A DNA stretch of 64,000 bases. It comes from Oopsacas minuta (taxonomy: Eukaryota > Animalia > Porifera). The notes under the pieces are model-generated. The model had not been told where the DNA came from, made no database searches, and saw only the letters and a program-made list of their open reading frames with translations. The stretch is from the NCBI GenBank assembly GCA_024704765.1, contig JAKMXF010000354.1:419690-483689 (forward strand). Reading direction: 5' to 3'. Shown piece after piece: positions 35,001 to 45,080 of the stretch. The first letter of the stretch is position 1; each line of letters starts with the position of its first letter. A program made the translations under genes and the position numbers.

Positions 35001-38000
35001 AGAACTAGATTATACATTTATTCCTAGCAGTGTAACCGCGATTATCCGAACTGGTTTGGACCTGCCAAAAGCGTTCGGATAATCGAGGTCGTTTATAAAT
35101 AGTGGCATAGGAACTGGCATAGGCCAGGGGCATGTTCGGATAGTCAAGATTACACTGTATTCAGACTGACAAAATAGTCACTATTATAGCTGAACTTATC
35201 CAATGTCTATCTGGATTAATTTCAATATTGTGTGCTTGTAGATCTCTAGTTAACAATTACATACATCCACATCCTCAGTGTTAATGAATAATTATATTAA
35301 ATACTTAATACAGTACACCCTCGCTAATCCCAATATCACTGTTCCGATTGCAAAATATTTCGTTGTTTCAAAGCATTTCGGATTAGCGAAATGCTTTGAA
35401 ACAATACTATACCACATGATTTGGGAGGCCATTTTTCCAAAGTTGTACAAACGATGGAATGGCGTCCAACATGTGTAATATAGTATTAGATATTGATCTG
35501 CAGTAGAATTGGATATTATAACTGGCCATGTATTAAAGTTTTAGACAATTTTGGAAAATTTGTATAAGCTCTGGACCCTGTTCGGATTAGCGAGGGTTTA
35601 CTGTATACAGAATCATAACAACATTCTAAATATATCTATGGTAGTATTAATTTTATTTATATCCCGTAGCGCGAATGCTGATCTATCCGTCACAGAAATA
35701 TCTGTACAGTCCATGCTACAAGCAGTAAGAAGGGAACATGCAGAACTAGAAGAAACTAGTAATTTTACAGAGATGGAGTGTGATAGGAATTTGAAAACTA
35801 TTTTAGCTACTGAGGAAAGTTTTACTGTTTCTAAGGATACGCTTGAGAAGGAGAAAAAGAATTATAGGTTAGGAGCGATTTTAATACTGATAATATTGGT
35901 ACATCGTCTGTTATAGTGTTTTTCTTATTTCCAATTTTGATACAATGCTATAACTTAAAATGACTTATATTCAGCTCCTGTTACATTGAACACGGATATA
36001 TCGACACACAGCTTTTATCGAAGTCTGAAATCGTATAAATACAGTAAACTCCGCTTACATCGGAATTTTAATCGCGTTCCCTTGATCTAGGATATTACGG
36101 GAGTTGACTGAATGTAATCCTCAATTATTATTGCAAACAAACAAATTAAGTCAACAATAATCTTAAAACATAATTTGCAATATATTTTTCTACTTAGAAC
36201 GATACTAGTCATTCTCAGTATTTCTCTCTTGTGTTGCTCTCTAATATTTCTCTGCAAATTCCTTCCTTATCAAATATACTCACATAAACTTGTTGTTCAA
36301 TTTGATATTCTGTTATTCTCCCATCCACTACACACTCTCCTCTATTGGCGTCTCAAACAATTCCAATTACCAGTTTATTGGTAGACTAATTAAGCTTTAG
36401 CAATCAATTCTAAATGCATCAGTTTTCTCTGCACCAAATTGATATTGATATACTAAGATATTTTGACTTCTCCTGTTTTCTGGATATATTTAGAATCAAT
36501 TCCAAAAAACAGTTTAAAATGATGATAATCAAATACTTGGGTTTTCTGATAAGTTATTCTTCCTCCTCTGCCCTTACTTGAAATTTAAATACTTTTCGTG
36601 TCTGCAAGTATATTAGCTTTCACTATTATGAGAATTATATTTTTATCTATGGACTTATCCTAATTGCCACGTAGGTATTTATGCATCATTGATTTCCCGA
36701 AAAGTTTTGAAACTATCATATGTTAGATTCTTCAAAGAGATTGGTGACTACGTTCATGACCTATTGGATTGCATCGGGGAGAAAGTTGCTATTGTAGACA
36801 GGATCGAATCTCAGATTTTAGGGATTCGATCTGATATTTCTAATCACATAATTGAACGTAGAAAAGAGATTTTGTTAGAAAGAGATCAACTCTCTCGACA
36901 AGACATTTCAGTTCCACAATCAGCTTATCCCTGTCGAGTGGAAATAGATTTGATGACCGATAATGAGAAAATAAAATTTAACGAATATTGTGTAAGTTTT
37001 AACAAAAAGAAGAAAGAAGTTCTCCAAGAAGCAAGTGAGTTATTTTCTGATGCTCTAGAGGAGTATTCTACTGCTGAGCAGATTATTCAGCGATTTGAGT
37101 TTTGGAGAATTGATCACGGTGATTCTTATCAACAGTCTTTTATTCCACTCTTCCTACCAAAGTATGTTTATTTATTTATACAACAAATTCATTATTATAT
37201 TATTAATCTTTAATTTCTCAGACTTCTAGCTACATACGTACGGTTAGATTTGCTGCATTGGGATCCTCTAAGCTCAGAGGGTGTAGATTGGAAGCTGCAT
37301 AGATGGTACAGTTCTCTTTGTCCTATCTCTAACCCAGAAAATGAAATCTTATCTCCTCTCATAGAGCAAACTATACTCCCTATCTTAACAGAGACTGCTC
37401 GATCTATCTGGGATCCAGTTTCTACAGCTCAGACTAAATTACTTGCTCTCTCTGTGATTCAAATTAATCAAGTCAGCTTAACCATAATTATATAATTATA
37501 ATAATTACCACAATAATCATTATACACATTGTAAACAAGTTGTAATATAATTCTTGTTTAGGTATTCCCTAATCTTCTTCCAAACAAACCAATGCAAAGT
37601 ATATTAAAAATAGTAAGCGATAAGTTCGTTACTGCAACTCAGGGATTCTACATGCCAATGTTCATTAAAGATCACCTGGAGAAGAATTCAGAATCTAACT
37701 CATTGCTCAGTTACCAGTTCTGGCTGGGAGTAGATCTGGGCACTAATATCTCTCTCTGGACAGGTCTCCTCCCAGAACAAACAATCCTAGACCTGATTCT
37801 AGACGGACTGTTAAACCGGTACTTAACTCTAGCTCTTCATCAGTTCTCTGATTGCATACAATCAGTAGAAAAGTGTAACAGGATTGTAGAGTTCCTTCCT
37901 GACTGCGTTAAGCGGGGACTACATGACACTGAAGTAGGGGCTCTTGTAAGGTACATGTGCTGGCTCGTTGAGGCTTTGGATAGAGAATCCATGACAGGGC

Positions 38001-38113
38001 CAGACTTCATTAAGAAGAGAGCAAGAGAAGGAAAACTAGAAATGATCTCTCTTGTGCGATGTTTAGCTTCTGAGCAGGCCACACACTTAGAGAATCAGTT
38101 TGTCAAAAAATAA
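29081..38113 (+). CDS. PAXBP1: PAXBP1/GCFC (Ntr2-like) spliceosome-associated factor, 8 exons, ~790 aa
   Basis: Exons 29081-29218, 29324-29554, 32498-32854, 34707-34918, 35670-35867, 36727-37161, 37222-37471, 37562-38113; phases all compatible (2373 nt). Motifs: FRGKKRNFRKR, IPDATTIHLAKKQRE, SRLIREE, RWEEEQMMKG, YRFFKEIGDYVHDLLDC, RFEFWR, VRLDLLHWDPL. PAXBP1 versus GCFC2 by recall only. Confidence 0.9.
29731..31827 (-). CDS. NAGPA: Uncovering enzyme NAGPA, nested antisense in PAXBP1 intron 2
   Basis: Signal peptide; AQNAGFF...CLGNIVSDG, SARTAIG, AINLDGGGS, RQVSTILCAH; EGF repeats; Thr-rich stalk; TM; Tyr-based tail motif (SYQL); intronless. Confidence 0.95.
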   Translation of the reverse strand: MINLLQLSILLALLQLGLTLNKEAGEYTNIRNAKSIRAEPIASSLTDILSPFSDNPRLERSTNKTTNFTHFYETHEPNPDEYPHIQTLQFIDATTDPKRSALGTVTFVDHPRTTFSVLEPYTTGTCNGFWPVRATVMTTASKRNGGCIVAQNAGFFRMGTSACLGNIVSDGRFVRESANVVNANFGIKASGNIYVGYLSNEEVKDKTDPFIQLVSGIIWLVKNGSNFVNESMHIESDNNEDTGNLTHFVNVISARTAIGHDEQGRVMMVVIDGQTRKRGINLFELADIMIRQGAVNAINLDGGGSATLIRDGVLGNHVSDHCPSPEYRCMRQVSTILCAHKESCVPQDCNQHGECVEGECECSEPWTGLDCAELMCGNGTCGEHGSCETGGTCVCDDGWIGELCENTCPIHFYGTNCNRVCWCSTHGTCHPETGVCICSPGYEGNKCQDECSEGKYGDKCLEECVCSGNSSCHHVMGCLCNDGWEGEDCNISIQEPNTTTNTTELPQIDSDTTVSTTTQTSAASTSQSTTTEPISSATTISTQKISTASSTTINSPVDTDASTFTTTTQPISTDANTTQVITTEVYIPNKISDILEFNLTECIQPILFSSMPLLLCSCLSNVLICLASWLYWGGYKRRMLKRRGNYSEARQFKIKNPIGRKINDRESTILHKIKRKPNPPSYQLVSTQLANESSDSSS
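33233..34045 (-). CDS. Cytochrome b561 family transmembrane ferric/ascorbate reductase, nested antisense in PAXBP1 intron 3
   Basis: Four heme-ligand His (FNLH, KISH, SIHSW, VFHRF) and multiple TM helices. An in-frame acceptor (CTGTAG) 36 nt upstream of the ATG leaves the true 5' end open. Confidence 0.9.
   Translation of the reverse strand: MDEGTPLTTIQREKEEEIIALKDYFPYLRIMSSKWGRIVVIIIVNIVVLTNIALLFSFLTVNIDLKPNTASNQGFSFDPNTPQFFNLHKLFMILGLCILPPNAMLIYRYKIIKLDRIILKISHAVILLASLLFAIAGFGIVLKIKIDSKAVNFTSIHSWFGITTIVMLAIQWLVGIVVFLIPTGMALRYKETIMVFHRFIGLMLIILPALTALMGISEVDGFGLEGLSLLAKFLTLGLFIQAAMVIFLLHGPGNLILKSVQEHRVERNYN
34381..34520 (+). repeat. 45-bp minisatellite, about 3.1 copies
   Basis: TTGATCTCATATGACTCTTAAATAATATAATATTTTARGATATGC at 34381, 34426 and 34471, near-identical and with no spacers. 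Confidence 0.95.
35028..35157. mobile_element. TA-type MITE, 130 bp
   Basis: CAGTGTAACCGCGATTATCCGAAC versus reverse complement of right end CAGTGTAATCTTGACTATCCGAAC; TA on the right flank; PAXBP1 intron 4. Confidence 0.7.
35311..35603. mobile_element. TA-type MITE, 293 bp, with internal perfect hairpin
   Basis: TIR CAGTA(C/A)ACCCTCGCTAATCC with one mismatch; TA at 35309-35310 and 35604-35605; internal 18-bp perfect stem at 35363-35404. Confidence 0.85.
36042..36110. mobile_element. Short degenerate TA-type MITE
   Basis: TA-CAGTAAACTCC on the left versus reverse complement CAGTCAACTCC on the right; PAXBP1 intron 5. Confidence 0.45.
36215..36590 (-). pseudogene. Possible decayed antisense coding fragment in PAXBP1 intron 5
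   Basis: Purine-rich minus-strand stretches translate as ...RGECVVDGRITEYQIEQQVYVSIFDKEGICREIL... and ...YQYQFGAEKTD..., broken by stops; faintly beta-propeller/NHL-like. Confidence 0.25.
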
Positions 38114-38327
38114 TTTCCTATTTACAATATTTCCATTGAATGACCTGACTTTTCATTAGTAGATTATCTATCTTCTCTCTTGCTTCACTTTGTTCGCCAA
38201 GTAATACTAATCCTAAATACAATTCAAATCTTTCAGAATTTTAGTATTAAATTGAGACCTAAAGTATTGGCTATTTCATAATTTGAATATTGCGCTATAA
38301 TAATCAGCTGATTTTCCCATAGTTAGC

Positions 38328-39421
38328 ATGACAGAAGAACTTACTCACCGTAAGTTACCTTCCTATTCAGCTAGTCAGGTAGCAGAGCACAACAGTCTCT
38401 CTGATGCTTGGGTTGTATACGGAGAGAAAGTATTTAATATTACAGAATTCTTATCTATACATCCAGGTGGATCGGAAATTACAGTCGAGCATTTAGGTAG
38501 AGATGTCTCAGATGTTTTGAATTCTGAAATCCTCCATCAACATTCTGCAAATGCTATTCAGCTAATGAAGCAATACTGTATTGGGGAATTAGATAAAGAG
38601 GATTGTAAGGTATAGAATATTCTAGAATCTGTTCATCAATAATTAAAATGATTATCTCTTAGAGCTCGATAAAGAGTTTTTCGCTAGATGGTTTTAATGA
38701 AGATGAACTGATTGATTGGAGCAGAGCACTTACTTTTCAAGTTGGTAAGTTAGGAGAAAATTATGATAAATGGGTTCATTCACCAGTCAATCGTCCTCTT
38801 AAGTTATTTGATAATCCTATCCTTGAATATTTGACACGTACCCATTGGTACATGGTCCCTATTGTGTGGATACCCATGATGTTTTATATGTCCTGGCTCT
38901 CCTGTACACAACGACAGCCATCCTTGTTTCCTGGCACAGTTGTAAACAATCCTATCCAATTCCCACTTTTCGTTGCTCTCTTTTCTGTGGGTCTATTTGT
39001 ATGGACTCTCATAGAATATTGTTTGCATAGATTTGTATTTCATCTCGTGCCTAAACATCACCTAGCTATTTCTTTCCATTTCATGATACATGGCCAGCAC
39101 CACAAGGTTCCATTTGACACAGAGCGTCTTGTCTTCCCTCCCATTCCAGCTGGATTAATCATGATTCCTATATTCGTTACTCTTCTTATATTTTTCCCTC
39201 TCTCCTGGGCACGTGCACTCTACTCGGGTGGGCTTCTAGGATATATCATATACGATCTCAGTCACTACTACATCCACCATGCTTCTCCTAAACCTCAATC
39301 TTACATGGGTCGTCTTAAGTCTTATCATGCCGCGCACCATTTCACTGCACCCTCGTTAGGATTTGGTGTATCCTGTAAGCTGTGGGATTATCCTTTCAGA
39401 ACTATAATCCCTGGATATTAG
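38328..39421 (+). CDS. FA2H: Fatty acid 2-hydroxylase (cytochrome b5 domain plus hydroxylase domain)
   Basis: Exon 1 38328-38609 (HPGG heme motif), 53-nt intron, exon 2 38663-39421 in frame (IDWSRALTFQVGKLGENYDKWVHSP; His boxes EYCLHRFVFH, HGQHHK, SHYYIHH, YHAAHH). Confidence 0.96.
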
Positions 39422-40045
39422 CTGGAGTCTTCTTCTATTCAGTTGAATGAATATGTATCAGTTATTTATTTATTTAGACATTTCGTATATATGTATTTAG
39501 GCATTGATTGACTCTTAGCATTTTCGAGGTTATTTATTCCTAGATTTAATATTATACAATCAATATTTTGTAATTTCTATTTCATATTAATGTGTTAGTA
39601 TTCAAATAGAATACAACTTTTGCATTAGTATTTAATAATAACTGGGCCGTACCTGTGAATACAGGTAAACCTCGGAGATGAGGCATCATCGGGAGTAATC
39701 GCTTTTGCCACACTTTAGAAGTTATCATATTCGAAAATTATTTGGGTATTATTATTATTATTATTATTTGTGGAAATAAATATACGTTACATATCCCGCA
39801 TTTCCGTGGTTTCTGTCATCAGCTATTTTTACACGATACAGCATACAATTTATTTTATATCATATATCTATTATACACGAATTACAAAATTGCAGCAAAT
39901 ACAAAAAGTTGATAATTCTATACGATCTAAATACTTACATATTATCACCATCGTATACGACCTAACATATACAAATTCTCTAATTAGTTATTATACATGC
40001 TAAAGTTGAATTGAATATATACAAAAAAATCCATAAACAAAATGA

Positions 40046-43000
40046 TTACACTTTCTGTGCAATCTGATTGAGTTTCTCTAGAATCTCTTTGTTCTGAGCC
40101 TCAACTGCTTCTAATTTTTCCTTCAGCTCCTTTACTTCGTTGGCAGCAGCCATTTTCTTTTTGATCTCCTCTACATCTGCCTGCTGGACCTTTACCTTCT
40201 TCTCAATAGAATTTTGGAGAATCTCTTGAGTACGACTGTTCACCTTTTGCTGTTGTCGTAGTTTGTTGATCACCACGTATAAGCTCTCTGAGGGCTCTTG
40301 GGTGGTGAAATCCTCGTCATCCAACCGCGAGATACCTGTAAAGAAGAGCATTAAATCAATTATTGTTTGATTTGTTTCGTTTCATATTATGAATTCGAAT
40401 CGTGCAGAATGTATTGAAGTTTGTAAGAGCTACAAACTTGAAATTTGGCTTAGTGAAATATGATAAATCTATGAATATTTATCTTATCTATGCGAAAACT
40501 AATCTCTGTAGAAACGATTATAATTTATACATTGCATACTACTTGTACTAATTTATAAACTCACCAGCATTGAAATAGTCTACCCATTCCTCATCTTCCA
40601 TTATGTAGTGTTCATCAAAGAATTTTTTCCTGAAGTCCATGAAGAGAGCTAGTAGAGATGTTGTCTGTGTTTGAATAATAAACTCAAGACGGAACTTTGC
40701 AACAGTTTTCTTTGCGTTAGCCTTTACTTCAGCATATGTATCTGAGAGCTGAGCAATGAACACGTTGAGATACACGACAATGATTAGAAACAGGAAAATT
40801 ACGTAGACGACTGCAGCTACGATATTCAAGCTATCAAATACATAGTTGAATTCGAATGCATTTCCTTCTAACAGAACACGAATTGGGTATACTAGCACGT
40901 TGTAGTATCGATCCAATCCTTCTTCTTGTAGAACTGACAGATCAAATAACGTAATGTAATACAAGGTTTCCGTTCCATTAGTCCCGTTAATCTGTCCGAT
41001 AATAATCGGTACTCGAAAAGATAGATAGAGTGTAGTAGAAAAGAAGAAAAACGTTAGGAACAGTAGCAACAGAAATTTTGGTACATCTTTCAATAGAATG
41101 AGGATGATGATCCGCATGTAAGTTCCGAATAGTTTGAACACACTGAGAAGTTTCGTAAGTCTAAAAGCATTGACTGCAAATGCAAAAGTAGCGAATACCC
41201 ATTGGAACTCAAGATAGGAAATGGTAGGATCGATAAGGATTATGATTCGAAACATGATTAAAATGAACATTAGCATCAATCCAGTTACATCTAGCCAGTT
41301 ATACCAGTCTTGGAAATAATCGATGAAGACACGAACAAGGAGATTACCGTGAAGTGCTTCTTTGACTTTTTCAAGTGTACTTTCTTTCTTTTCCACTTCT
41401 GGGGGCTCTTCTGCATCTGCCTCTTCCTTCTTCTGTTTCTCTTCATCCTTCTTTTTTCTCTGCTCCTTTAAATACTCATCGTAATCATAGTCATCATCGT
41501 CTGTTTCTGAATCGTCGTAATCGTCAGAGTATTCATCCCCCCATGAGTACCCTCCCCCCCAGGAATCATCGCTGTCATCATCACTGTCATCATCACTGTC
41601 GTCGTCATCACTCCCCTTCTTTTCACTACCTAAACCCAGTGAATCGTCGTCTGAATCACCAGCATCATCTCCTTTAGCCTTTATATCTGTTTCTGATTTA
41701 TCACTGTCGTTACTTTTGTCAGATTTATCAGATTTGTCAGATTTGTCAGAAACGTCACTTTTGTCACTTGTACCACCGATACTTTCAGAATCCGATTTAT
41801 CTACATCACCTGTTTTAGGAGGCACATCAACATCCGATTTATCTTCATCGCTACCTCCAGATTTATCAGATTTATCTGATTTATCTGATTTATCTGATTT
41901 ATCGGATTTCGTAGACTTTGTCGATTTGTCTGAATCATGAGATTTTACGCTTGACCCTCCAGGAGATTTTCTCCCTCCATCATCGTCATCATCGATTGGC
42001 TTAGGTTTAACTTCATCACCATCATATTCTCCAGGTTCCTTCTTTTCTCGAACTGTTTTGCCAGTTTTTTTGGGAGGTGGTTCTCCTCCTTTCCTCAAGT
42101 TTCGTTCTTGTTCTTCTTGAAGACGTGACTTTTTTTCTTGTTTTTTATCGCCTATCTCTTTTCGCGCATAGAATAATACTTGAACCACTTCTGCAAACTC
42201 TGTCACGAGATTACTCATCCAGAATAACACCACATAGATTTCACATATAAACCTCAATATATCCCAACCTGTAAATGCACGTACGTTATTTCTGTACAGA
42301 GTAGTAGGTCCCCTATGTTGCTGTGCAGCTTGTGCTAAGGCATACAGCATGGCTGCTAAGAAACTGATGAAAATTAATGTTTTGAACCACAACAAGAAGT
42401 TTCCATATCGTTGGAACTTCTGATTCACCAGTAGACGAGTAACACCGTGATAAGCAATCTCTTCATTGTCACATGAAGCGAATCTCTGTAGCAAATAAGG
42501 CCTTCTCCTTCCGCCTTCTTCATATTCCCATTCGTCATCAGGTGTTACGTTTGCACGGTCGATTTCTAGTACTGTAAAGTCGACTTTAACTGTAGAAAAT
42601 ATTTATAATTATGCATATGTGGAATAAACGATAACATTAATTTAAATCATTAGGATAACCATATGTAAGAGTTTAGCTAGGACTTAGGTTGCATATTTAC
42701 AATATCTTAATATATAATTGTAGTATTTGAAAGCGCTGCAGTACGATTGGCTTTATGTTCTAGACGAGATATCTATCGTAGCTCGAACTCCAGCGATTAT
42801 AGTTTTTAATAATGCTGAATTTATCTATATGTCATTAAAAACGCAACACAAGTTTGACAATAGATGCCTTCATTTTGTTAAATTTGTAAGCAATATATAA
42901 TGTTGTTATAACCTGTGTTCTTACCTTAGTCCGCAAATTATTAAGTGTTATAGCTCCTAATATGCGAAATATGTCGCTGTTTAAATACATGGCTCAACGT

Positions 43001-44372
43001 ATGCTAACACTGATTCGCAATTCTCAGGTAAGCAAGTTAAAATCATAGAACATTAAATAATTAAATAATTCAGCTTACCCCTGTTTTTGTCCAATTCTGG
43101 CTCTATCAAGCAGTCCAACATAGTCAATAGACTCTTGTAGAGTTCCTTCGTTAGTACTTTATGCCAACCCAAGTTCTTGAAGTTCTCAGCTCCAGCGTGA
43201 GCTCGTACTATTACTGATAGAGCGTCGTCCTGCTTCTTATTCCTAGCAATAGTGAATGCATCTGCTCTGCTCTTGTCCTTAGCATCTAGTGATGCTCCGC
43301 TAAGCAGTAATTCACGTGCTGCTGCTGCATTACCTGCTTTACACGCTAGCATGAGTGGTGTCTGATAGAATCGATTCCTTGCGTCCACGTTTGCTCCATT
43401 GTTAACTAGAATAGGAATGAGCGTATCTCTTCCCTCGATTGCAGCGATGAAAATAGCCGTCAAACCTCTACGGTCCTCAGAATTTACATCAGCTCCAGCA
43501 CGGATAAGATTGTAGATTAACTCTTCCGGGGCATTCTGTATGGAAACGAAAAGTGGCGTGCGTTTAGCCTTGTTAACCTCATCAACTTTAGCTCCCTTCT
43601 GTATAAGAAGACTCACACAAGTACTGTAACCGTTACGACTAGCTAAATGCAGTGCTGTATTCCCTTCACTGTCTTTCTGATTAATATTCACATTACTTTG
43701 CTTCTCCAACAATAACTTCAGAACTTCTCGACTCCCAAAAAACGCACAGAAGTGAAGATAAGTTGCATCAGGATCTTGATAAATGTGCTTGTTCTCTCTC
43801 TCTTTTGTTTTATCCTCTGGGTAGTCATCATAAATTTCATCAAAATCAACCTCCCTCTTCAATAGGATCTTAGCAATTAACACCGAGTTCTTAGTGCATG
43901 CCCTTAGCATTGCCGTATTGACATACATATCTTCATCATCTATACCTTCCCTTATCGCTCGCAATAATACCAAACAGAAAATGTCTAAACGATCGATGTT
44001 AGCAGCGAAAGTTAATGGTGTGATGAGGTCACCTTTTTCATCCCATTCATACACGTCGATTGGTGCTCCAGCCTCGAGTAACCTTTTTACGGTTTCAGCT
44101 TTTCCTTCGCTCATTGCATTTTCCAAATCGGTTCCCTTTTCATGATCAACTGGGACCTCTTCGATATCCTTCTTGAGGATATTCAAGATAAGTGTCTGGA
44201 TTGTTTCGTTCTTCTCTTTTGCCTCTTTTGCTTCTTTTTCTTTGTCTACTTCTTTTTTCCCTTCGTCCTTAGTTTCTTCAACTTCCACGTCTTTACTTGG
44301 TGCTTCATCTGATTTTATTTCTCCAAGTTCTATATCCTCCCCAATCAATTTCTCTTTTTCCTCTGTTGCCAT
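40046..44372 (-). CDS. Ankyrin-repeat TRP cation channel (TRPA/TRPV-like) with a large acidic S2-S3 insert
   Basis: Exons 44372-43079, 42589-40565, 40335-40046 join in frame. Multiple ankyrin repeats (GNTALHLASRNG, QTPLMLACKAG); pre-S1 YHGVTRLLVNQKFQRYG; S3 YFQDWYNWLD; S6 LNVFIAQLSDTY; C-terminal coiled coil. Confidence 0.9.
41691..41933 (-). repeat. Coding tandem repeats of a 9-nt unit encoding Ser-Asp-Lys
   Basis: TCAGATAAA/TCTGACAAA-type units giving SDKSDKSDKSDKSDK blocks inside the TRP exon. Confidence 0.9.
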
Positions 44373-45080
44373 TTTTCAACAGATTTGGAATATATTCGAT
44401 ATAATCAGCTTAAAATACACGAGTTTGTATACCTATCAATAATTGCGTCTATATTTGTCTATTTGAGTTTATATATACCTTGATCTGCAGTCCTATCTTA
44501 TGGAACTTTATACGGTCTCCTTTTGGACTCTGATCTAATTACCAGAGTTCAGATACGTGATTACATTGACTGTATGTATGTATTATAAAATATATATTCA
44601 CAGGAGTCTGTAATTGATATCTAGCAATATAGATTATCAACTTATACTATTATGAAAATATCAATTGTATTGTAGAAGAAATAGTCACTACGTAAAGTGT
44701 TGGTCATTGATACCCTTTTTAGAGGTATTTACTGTGTCTAAGGTTAATTGATTTGTTACATTCCTTATGACGTCCTGGAATGAGTATAAGGATATGAATC
44801 CAAAACCATTTAAATTACTTCTTGTACTAAAAAGCTAGGTTATTGTTACATCCCGAATATTGTCATTAAAAAATATTCCTGACATATTCATGCTTCTTGA
44901 TTTCATTTTATGCCAAAATCATGTTCATCTACGTCAAAATTCAGATTCGTGCCAATGGCGAAATCTATAAACTTTGTTCTTGATCTGGCAACACTGTAAT
45001 ATATCATGGCCACAGAGGTTCTCCCTAATATAATGCTTATCAAACAATCTGTACGTTTATACCGAATTAGTAGGTACACC

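Noticed and set aside
29063-37495. ORFs 29063-29284, 32693-32953, 34710-35027, 35551-35916, 36689-37213 and 37250-37495 as separate genes
   Set aside because: They are exons of PAXBP1 read through into intron sequence.
45006-45080. Upstream in-frame extensions given by the ORF track, here and for DPH4, RPS26, ANKZF1, CEP120, UNC50, SYCP1 and CPD
   Set aside because: The extensions start at non-ATG codons or lie upstream of acceptor-like sites and lack homology, so downstream ATGs were preferred.
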